DNA from: Chlorokybus atmophyticus
Taxonomy: Eukaryota > Plantae > Mesostigma and Chlorokybus algae
Reading direction: 5' to 3'
Assembly: GCA_009103225.1 (NCBI GenBank)
Contig: RHPI01000638.1
Location: 903,012-967,011, forward strand
Length of the DNA: 64,000 bases
The position numbers and the translations under genes are program-made. This document shows positions 54,901-64,000 of the stretch, one piece after another (positions within the stretch are counted from its first letter, which is position 1; every line of letters starts with the position of its first letter). The notes under the pieces are model-generated. The model ran no database searches. It had not been told where the DNA came from and was given only the letters and a program-made list of their open reading frames with translations.

Positions 54901-55270
54901 AGTGGCTCATTCTCACCCTTGCTTGAGTGTTAGCACGGCTGTTGAGCATGCAAGCTCACCTGCGTCCGCTGCCTCCGTCAATCAGCGCCGGTTTGTCCCC
55001 ATAGCGAGCGCAATCCTTCAGCACAAACTCATGCAGCGGCAGATCCGGGATGTCCACCGTCTCAGGGTCTCTGGCCTTGACCACATACTGCTCCTCGTCA
55101 CCACCGTCATCCACAACCACAGCGGCAGCGGTAGCATGCTTGTCTTGCTTGCTGCTGCGGATGGCGCTGCTGCTGCTTTTGCTGTGGCGACTGCCTCTGC
55201 TCTGCAGCACCTTGGCAGCAATGCCGACAGCCGCCGCGACAAGCGCAGCCTGCACGAAACCCTGCACCAT
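51953..55270 (-). CDS. 4-coumarate:CoA ligase-like acyl-CoA synthetase (ANL superfamily)
   Basis: Box [34 protein letters not shown], Box [49 protein letters not shown]. Confidence 0.95.
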
Positions 55271-55425
55271 GCTGACGACCAGCACACCGACCAGGCCACA
55301 GACTTTCCCACCCTCCGCCACGCTCGTCCTCACCACCTACAACATCAACAACGGCAGCCATGCCGACAACATCGCTTTTCGCACAATGCATTGACGCTGA
55401 GCTTCGGGCATTGTGGTTTGTCCGC

Positions 55426-57595
55426 ATGGCGGCGGTGGCGGCGGCGGCGGGGTTGGCGTTGTCGGCCAGGCGGCGCTGCGGTGGCTGCAGCAGCAGCAGC
55501 AGCTGGCGGGACGGCGTTGTGGACGTTGTGGCCGTAAGTGGGCCCCGTCACTGGCGGTGCGTGCGTGCAGGTGGTGTGGCCGGCAAGCCTTGCGGCGGGC
55601 TGCTCTCTCAGCCGGCCACAACTGCGCTGCGGCAACCTCGTCCTCGTCCAGGGCGGCGGCGGCGTTCAAGGCAGCCAGCTGGTGAGGAAGGCATCAGCCG
55701 CATGTTGCTGCGCGCCTGCTTCCTTCGAGCATGCATAGAGCTGTGTGGCTCAGTGTAATTGGTTGTTTAGCTGTCTCTGTGTGTGTGCGCCAGCTGCTGC
55801 CATGCTGGATGCGGCTGCCACTTCCACCAATTACGCCCAAGAGCTTGCTGCAGCCTATGAAGCCGTGCAGCGGGCTTGCCAAATTTGCCTGTCGGTAAGG
55901 AGCTGCTGGTGCTCACTTGTGCTGCGCATGTGCAACGGGGGAGGGTGAGGGGCAAGAGGTGATTGTGCCTCGTTTGCTGCGCAGGTGCAAGCGGACATGT
56001 CTGCGGCTGGGAAGCTTGAGAAGGCGGACAACACGGAAGTAACCGTAGCTGATTTTTCCATCCAGGCGCAAGTCAGCCTCGGTACTTCATGTGCGCTACT
56101 CCTTCAGACTTGCAATGCATTTTACTTGGAGCATGATGGATTGATCCACGTCACGCATGCCATTTGCTATGGTGCAGAGCTGCAGAAACACTTTCCAGAC
56201 ATCCCGCTTGTTGCTGAAGAAGACTCTGGTGAGCTGCGGAGACCAGAATGCTCATCCCTGCTGCAGACCATCGTGACCACTGTCCAGAAGCATCTACCTG
56301 ACGACTTAGGTGCTTGTTGCATACTGGACGTTGCTAAGCATTGCCGAATTTGTTGCACGTGCATAGTGCACATTGTACTATGTATGTGTACAATCATATT
56401 CAACACCCAGTATGCTCCTGATGGTGCTTTCGTTCAGGTGATGTTCAGGAAGAAGCCATTTTGTCAGCTATTGACCGAGGTGGTTCCAAGCCTACACAGT
56501 CCTTTGATCGTTTCTGGGTGCTGGATCCAGTTGATGGCACCAGAGGGTTTCTGCGTGGAGGCAAATCGCAGTATGTGGTAAGGCCAGCCCCCCCCGCATG
56601 CATCCGCTTTGTGCAATGATTGCATTGCCGCGGCATATGCGACCAACCATTGCAGGTGGGCTTAGCGCTGGTGGAAAACGGCAAAGTTGTTGTGGGCGCC
56701 ATGGGTTGCCCGCAGATTTGGTACCCTGCAGAAGACAGCCCTGTGAGTGCAGTCGATGCAGACCTGCAGGTACTCGTCATAATGACTTGTTGCATTCACT
56801 ACACAAGGCACCAGCTCTTTGAACAAGCTCTGACTGTTGCTTTGCTGCCCCATAGGTTGTTGGCAGCAGTGCTGATGTTCATGTAAAGCGAGGCGTCATC
56901 ATGTGTGCGGCAAAGGGTTCAGGCGCTTGGGTGAAGCCTTTGTTTCAAGACGCATCCTCAGCGAATGCCACAGAACGCGCCCTTGTAAATTCGCACTTGG
57001 CTGATGAAGCAAGTGCAGCTGCGACGCGCCCGTTCTGTGTCCAGCTTGGACCTGCCAGTGTTGCGTCATCACAGCAACTTGTTGGTGGGACAATATGCAT
57101 ATCAGATCATGAGAAGTGGGAAGACCTGTGCTTCACGCGGACCATCATGCAGGTATGAGGATCAGGTGTTGCGTGACGATCAACACTGTGCATTTCGGTT
57201 TTATTCCATCACGGTAATGATATCCCTTAAGGTTGCTTTATTACTTGCAGCGAAGCAACGCAGCGGATCGTCCGCATTATCTGCCACTGTGCTGCGGCAG
57301 CCTCTGCAAGTATGCAGCTGTGGTGACCGGCGCCGCAACCGTGTTTGTTCAACATCCTCTTCAGGACAATAGAGCGTTGAAATCGTGGGATCATGCAGCC
57401 GGCATCATCATAGTTGAGGAGGCTGGTGGTAGCGTCACTGATTTCTTTGGCGAGCCACTTGTTCTCACGGGACGGCTGTTTGCACCTGGCGGAGGTGGCG
57501 TTGTTGTCTCGAATGGAGCTGTGCATGACGAGGCCCTGAAGACACTGGCTACATGTGACTTCCAAGCAGGTTTTTGCTCCATGATGCCCATGTAG
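55426..57595 (+). CDS. 3'(2'),5'-bisphosphate nucleotidase / PAP phosphatase (inositol monophosphatase family), organellar type
   Basis: VTVADFSIQA, LVAEED, FWVLDPVDGTRGF, VVGAMGCP, CCGSLCKY, KSWDHAAGIIIVEEAGGSVTD. A transit-peptide exon starting at ATG 55426 splices in frame. Confidence 0.93.
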
Positions 57596-57752
57596 AACTG
57601 CTAGTGTCATGGATTTAGATGGCGAATGAGCTTATTGGCTTGATGTTGCAGGTGCACCACCGCCCAAATCCTGACTGCTGCTTGTGCCTCAAACACCACT
57701 TCAGGTAGTTGTACTACACGCATCCTTATAGCTGTGTTTTAGCTTGTGTGCA

Positions 57753-58097
57753 TTGCCCGATGATGAAAGCAAATTGTCGCAAGGCGATCAAGCAATGCGC
57801 AGCAAATTATACCCAAAACTTTGATCCCGAGGGCTATTGCGTGAGTTGTGACTCTTTGTTGGATATCACGTTTTGTTGTGCTACAGGGCATTGTGTAACA
57901 TGTCGTCTGCCGTCACAGATACCGCTGCTGTGCCTTCCATGTGGACAGCGTCCCGCACGATAGTGCACAGGTATTGCTTGCTGGCTAGCTTAGCGCACAC
58001 GTGTAGTTGCGCCCCATGACGAAAGCAAAAAGGAGCAAGGCTTATTGAGCAGTGCGTTTATCCATACAACCCAAAACTTTGACCTGAGGGCTATTGC
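57753..58097. repeat. Diverged direct repeat, two ~90-bp copies about 255 bp apart
   Basis: 57753-57840 versus 58007-58097. The best-conserved core is ACCCAAAACTTTGAyCyGAGGGCTATTGC. Confidence 0.8.
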
Positions 58098-58308
58098 AGT
58101 ATGCATGCTTGCTGCTGCCATGTTAGTACTGGTAACGTTGACAAGCGGTATCAAGTTAGGACGCTAAATGCATAGTTGTGTTGCGCAGGGCCAATCTGTT
58201 GTTCTGCAGCTGCCCTGGTTGGACGCTGCTGCACACGCAATGGTCTCGCTGAAGGGGAAATGACTGCACAATATGTATGGCCGCTTCGCGTACGCTGCAC
58301 AGTTGGGT

Positions 58309-58364
58309 CAGGGTTAGGACCTAACCCTGGGACCTAACCCTGGGGTCCTAACCCTGGGGTCTAG
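58309..58364. repeat. Telomere-like CCTAACCCT(GGG) repeats with an inverted junction
   Basis: CAGGGTTAGG-A-CCTAACCCTG palindrome, with CCTAACCCTGGG units starting at 58320, 58333 and 58347. Confidence 0.8.
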
Positions 58365-58560
58365 TTTTCAGGGTAAACCACATAATTGTATGCTAGGATT
58401 GTGTGTTCGTAACTGTGCTCTGAGTCTGAATCTGATAAAGTGTTCTGCAGCCAATATGTGAGGTGCTAGTAGCCATTCAACTGGTAGTGCACTAGCGTTG
58501 AATTGCTGTAGGCAATGTGACCGGCAGGGTTGAGTGACAACAGTTCGCTCCTTTGCCCCC

Positions 58561-58685
<125 letters not shown>

Positions 58686-59913
58686 GGCACGCGCCCCTTT
58701 ATCCTCGCCGGGCGCCTTCCTGTCCTGTTGTGGGTCCGAGGGTAGTGATATTGTCCTTAAACCATTTGATGCATAGCGCGCTACATACACTCATGTACAT
58801 GTACAGGATAAGCATGAGGCTGTTGCAATCATGCATTCTCACACCACACATCACATAGCCACATAGCCAACCCCACGCACCTGCAAGTAACACCACCAGG
58901 CTAAGTTTACCTTCTACTCTACCCCTCCTCCTAATGCCCCCCTGTTAGTCATGCATGCATGCATCCACGGTAGTAATTCAGGTCGTCACCTGTGCATGAG
59001 GAGTACAAAGTATGCAATGCAGAATTCACTCATGCATGACACAAGCAACTACCCGCAGCATATACACACAGTCACCAAGTGCACCAACCCAACCTGACTG
59101 GAACCGGAACTGCACTGCCGAAGCACTGCGCACAAGCTGGGGCCCGGGAGCACAGCACGTACAGCACTGCTGACGTGCGCAGAGCGTGTTGCACAAGACA
59201 CCACCCGCTGCCTGGCGGCCAGCAAACACGCAGGGAGGCAGAGGAGGAAGGGAGGACGAGGGAGTTGTCGTCGCTGCTGCACATGTTGCCGTGCTGTAGC
59301 TGCTACCAACCGCTAACAACAGCCCATGTGGGCAGGGCATTACGTCGCTGGTGCGAAGTCTGATGGCGGCACCAACATGGGATTCGCAGAGCGTGAAGAC
59401 ACGTATATAAGGGGTGTGCTGCTGTATGTTGAGCGTCCTGGATACGATGTTGTCGTAGGCACTCAGATGGTTTCCCAGCTAAGCCAAGGTAACCGTCACG
59501 GTCATGGTCTAAAGGCAACAGAGCGCTCATCAAAGAAATTCAATGCTTCATCAGTGTTTGACATGCAGCGAGCACTGCGAGGTTGTGAATACCAACCCAA
59601 CAAGTGCAACACATGATACTGATCTAGCATACTATCTCCTGTACACCTTTGCAATTCCTGCAATAAATATGTCATTATAAGCCTGTCTATAACGTCTGCA
59701 TGCCATAATGCATGTGCTCAACCTACTCAGTTCACATTACACATATCTGATTGTCTTCATTAACGACAAGCAACATGGCTGGTTTGTGCTGGCATGTGAC
59801 ATGTGCACACGATTCGGGGGTCAGTGGTTGCAACGAAGACTTCTCACTTAGAGTACATACTATATACGCATTGTCATAGTAATGCTTCCATTGCAACATC
59901 ATCGCCACTGCTC

Positions 59914-61800
59914 TCAAAACTGCTTCACCGTTTGCGTGCTCAGGATCTCAATCCAGTAGCCATCAGGGTCCTGAATGAAAGCCAGCCCCTTCATGTTTCC
60001 TCCATCCGGAGTCTTCACGAACTTCACTCCCAAACGCTCAAACCTCTCACAGGCCTTGTACACATCAGGCACTGCAAGCACAAACAACAACACATGCTCA
60101 GCTATGCAACACAATATAACAACAATGCAACGGACAAGCAGCTGGTACAAGCACAGTACAACAATGCAACGAACACGTTCAAGCATGCAGATGGACGCCC
60201 ACACACACACGCATGCATGCACGCGCGCGCATTCATGCATACGTGAGCACGCGCGCACGTGCACGCACACGCACACGCACACGCTCGCACAGACAAGCGC
60301 ACACGCACACGCGCACAACTCATGCTCACCTACGACTCCAATGTGGCCAAACCCCTTAGGCTCGCTGTTGCCGTTGTGGTAGTGGAAGTTGGGGTCGTTC
60401 TCGGTGCCCCAGTTGTGGGTCAGCTCCAGCGTGCCCTTTTGCCGGAACGTCCAGATGGCGCGCTCCTGGTCCTCCGCTGGGATGTCAGCAGGGTCCTGCG
60501 TATGAAGCAATACCATCAGCAGAGCAAGTACGATGTGAATGCTTCTCAGTTACATGCTGGATGCAAATGTTGCAAACGCTGCAGTGGACATATGTGCTTG
60601 TGGGTAACACGACATTTTCATTCTGCATCCTTTCAAGATGAGTACGGTCAACATTTTCACCCACCGCATAACCCATAAAGTACAGGCTGAAGTTGCCGGA
60701 CGGGTAGTCAAAGCGCTTCAGCAACCTGCACAATAAACGTTCGACAAAGATGACCACAGCACAAGTCCAGTTGTGCCTGCCAAACAAGGATCTCACAACT
60801 ACAACAAGCATCATGACCGCCACCACACAACACCCACAACCCACCTCATACCCAGGACTCCAGTGTAAAACTCCATCGACTTCACAGGATCCTTGATGCG
60901 GTACATCTGCACCAAGATTCAAGAAACAAGTCTGGAGCCCCCATGCATGGCTTTTGAAGGACCAGTATCACACCACAGCACAGTAGCATGGCATGCCAAC
61001 AGGATTCAGACTGTGGTTGTCATGCCCTCATGGTTACAGCAACAATATATGCTTAACAGTACCGTCTGCTGCATGATGTACTCCTGCGTCTCCGGATCAG
61101 GGTTGGTCTCGATGCCGATGGTTTCCGCCTCTTTCCCCATCGTTCCTTCTTTTGCTGCGCTGCAGATCTGCACACACCCAATGAATGCAAATGCAATACA
61201 GTGCAGGAAGCGACGGCACATCTCACGCAAGCTCAGTCTGTAGCACATGCAAGATGCTCCGCTGTAGTAAATCTGTTGAAGTCAAAGGAAGGCTGACGAC
61301 TGCCTTCAACAATCATGCAAGCACACGTAATGTGCTTTGCCGAAGATACGACTCAATTTATACTGGTATTCGCCACAACACACGTTGCCAAAGGCAGCGT
61401 ATTGCACCGTAGGGCATTGTGGAGGCATGCATCCATGCATGCTGCTGCTGACCATGCATGGACGCTTGAGCAGTCTGTGCTTGGCAATTGCCACACCCCA
61501 CAACGCCAGTACCTACGCAAGTGCGCCTTCGTTCCCCTCGACAAGCATGCATGCCAATGATTCTCTCACCGTGGCTAGTCTGCTGCTGTACGGTGCACTG
61601 GAGCTTCGGCTCACAAGGCCAACGCGGCAGTAGGGCGAATCACCAGCTGCTGCTATGGAGGAGGATTGCCTGGTGGTAGGGGCCTTGTGTTGCTGCTGCT
61701 GTGCTATCCGACGAGCGGCGGTAATGGAAACACTCCCTGCGCCTCCCACCACAGACAGAGACGCCCGCAGCGGGAGGAGCAGCGCCCGGCCTGCACTCAT
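59914..61800 (-). CDS. GLX1: Glyoxalase I (lactoylglutathione lyase), short Zn-dependent type, with a transit-like extension
   Basis: YIMQQT|MYRIKDPVKSMEFYTGVLGM, FSLYFMGY, TLELTHNWGTE..YHNGNSEPKGFGHIG, GLAFIQDPDGYWIEI. Confidence 0.96.
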
Positions 61801-63509
61801 CTACCACCGCCGCCGCCGACGCCGCCGCCCTCGCTCACACCTTCACCACTATGGGATCTGTCTGGGAAGATCGGATCTTGGTTATGTGAACTCCGTCGTT
61901 GGAACGTCGGTGCCTTAATGACGTGCTGGTGGCCTGCGCATGCGCACGTGCGCTGCTGCTGAGGACTCCTGGTAGGCCTACTTCGTTGTTGCCACGGTGT
62001 TGTTGTCATGGTTGGTGGTGGTGTACTATTCATGTTTGATTTGGTTCTAGTCCTGGTTGTGGAGATCTGAACAACCAGGCTGCTGGTGTGAAATTGTGAT
62101 GCCTTAACTGCGAACTGAATTGGCATTCTAACGGCTATGACTATGGCTTGCAGTCGTTTGTGTTTAGTGAGTTGTCCTGGCAGGGGATAAGACGCTGGCC
62201 GCCAACAAGTTGTGGCGGGGCTGGTCTAGGCGTCCGTCAAGCACAGCGTCTTGCACCACGTCCTAGTCCTGCTCATCGCTGCCTCTCAACTAGCCTTTCC
62301 CTTGCGCTCCCTCTGGTTGCTGCAGTACCTACGTGGTGCTGCTATTCCTGCTTGCCTCCTGCAGCGGCACTGCTGCATTGTCACTCAATGCATAGCACAT
62401 AGCACCAGCCCCATAGTGTCGTAGTGGTTTTGTTGCTGTTTGTGCTTTGATGAAATGTTTTGCGCCTTTCTATTTGATCTGTGAGTGCTTAAACCCTGGG
62501 TTTTACCCTATACTACACGCCCGGATTTTGGTGCAATAAAAGCGCGCGAGTGAGCGGCTCAACTCCCCTTGCCGGGTGCCCGCCTCTAATACATATATCT
62601 TGGTAATACTTGTGTTTCTGCCTGAGTTGTTCATGGTCTTTGCTGTAGCTTGTGAGAGCTGGTGGTTGCATTTGCACAATAGCTGCGCGCACATACACAT
62701 GGACGAGGACGTTATTATCGACGAAACCGCCCTGCAAGCAATTTTCAGGGTAGACTACACACACGGGTGGAGTGACATGTGCTCCGTGCCCATTATCACT
62801 TGAACTTGCCAGTCCGCAGCAAATTGAGGGAGAAATGCATTGTGGTGTTGAGTAATGCAGATGGTATCAGTCCTACTGCTCGTTCACACATCATCTATGT
62901 GATGTACATGTTAAGTGGTAGCAAGCGGTTTCTATGTGGGTATCATGTGGGATTAATTAGCAACATAGCATACTATTATTCCAAACAACATTGGCAGGCG
63001 GCACATGTGGCCCGCGCCACCCCCCTGGAGCTGCTGATGTTGCGTACGCGAGTGATAGCATGTGCAATGTCACCAGTGGAGTACGTGCCTTTCACAACCT
63101 TTGCACATACAGTAGATGGTCGAGTACCTGCTGCCGCGCTAAAAAGAACGCCCACCGGTAATTTTGGGACCCCCCGAGTCCTGATTATTCACGCCATCTC
63201 GTCTGAATATTGATGACTTGATCCGTTTCACGCCTTTTGTCCGTGAATATCCAATGGTTATTGTACTTTCTGTCCCATCCCTGCCAAAAGGAACAGCGTT
63301 CTTCACCCGCAAGACGCATTCATATTCAACGTACATACCACTGAACCTCGTTTCAACCCGTACACTTTGCATTTCAAACTGAGTATTTCGTGCATATTCA
63401 AGGTCAGTCAAGTTGTACTTGATGAACGATATGGTACAATGAATTGTCAGTGCCCAAACAGCAGAATAATCACCCAGCGTGTGTGGTGCTGGCTACGACT
63501 TGCCGCGAA

Positions 63510-63725
63510 AACCCTGAGTCCTAAATACCATTGCATAGTCACCGTCATATTCAGGGAACATTTAGCATAAAATACACCAAGTCCCAAGTGCCATCGAACA
63601 TTCAACACCACTTGACAAAACTGCCGATGTGAAATTACACCAAGTGCCAAGTGCCATTGAAAGTTCAACACCACTTGGCAAAACTGCCGCTGTGAAATTA
63701 CACTAAGTCCCAAGTGCCATTGAAA
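63510..63725. repeat. 63-bp tandem repeat, about 3.5 copies (first copy diverged)
   Basis: Unit starts at 63573, 63636 and 63699 (period 63), with a degenerate copy near 63510. It lies within minus-strand ORF 63447-63746, giving a 21-aa repeat. Confidence 0.9.
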
Positions 63726-64000
63726 AGGCAAGCATGCTAATGGCATGCATTCTAAACTCTATTCTATTAAGCACAAAGTTAGCTTGGGCTACTATTACAC
63801 AGCTGGCCAATGAACCTGTGCTTTTGACTACAATTTAACTATGTACCAACCGCCTGCTACTTCACATCCGCCGTGACGTTTGCTGTGCTGGCATGCTGTC
63901 CATGAGTGTTCGCAATCGTCTCCTTAAGCTGTCTGCCTCTTTTGGACGAAACCAATCCTTTTGCATCTGCGTTGCACACACCCACACCATCTGGTTGCTC

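Noticed and set aside
63510-63725. CRISPR-like array
   Set aside because: The units are contiguous 63-bp tandem copies without unique spacers, no cas genes are present, and the context is eukaryotic.

Overview
Eukaryotic, intron-rich nuclear DNA with no prokaryotic operons or CRISPR arrays. Plant-type orthologues, a plant-type U2 snRNA, plastid transit peptides, short introns and frequent GC-AG donors suggest a green plant, most likely an early-diverging streptophyte alga such as Chlorokybus (inference, not verified). I can support 18 spliced protein-coding genes, in order: REX4 exonuclease, SLT lytic transglycosylase, GNAT acetyltransferase, ALDH7, SGF29, a BSD-domain protein, a helical-NTD/U-box/WD40 protein, a Gln/Glu-rich tail-anchored protein, a DHRS7-like SDR, a Tma17/Adc17-like protein, LST8, RsmG, a zeta-toxin-fold NAD kinase-like protein, cytochrome b5 reductase, a His/Asp-rich plastid protein, a 4CL-like ligase, a PAP phosphatase and glyoxalase I. 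There is also one U2 snRNA. Seven protein-coding pairs are head-to-head. Both single-N positions (25029, 58682) adjoin G/C homopolymers and are probably assembly junctions. The best candidates for new biology are the plastid-targeted SLT with intact catalytic motifs, the NTD-U-box-WD40 architecture, the Adc17-like chaperone candidate, the N-anchored 4CL-like enzyme on a 155-bp bidirectional promoter, and the unexplained repeat/ORF region at 62.5-63.8 kb. Gene spans are start-to-stop of hand-spliced models. Family assignments come from motif recall, not database searches.
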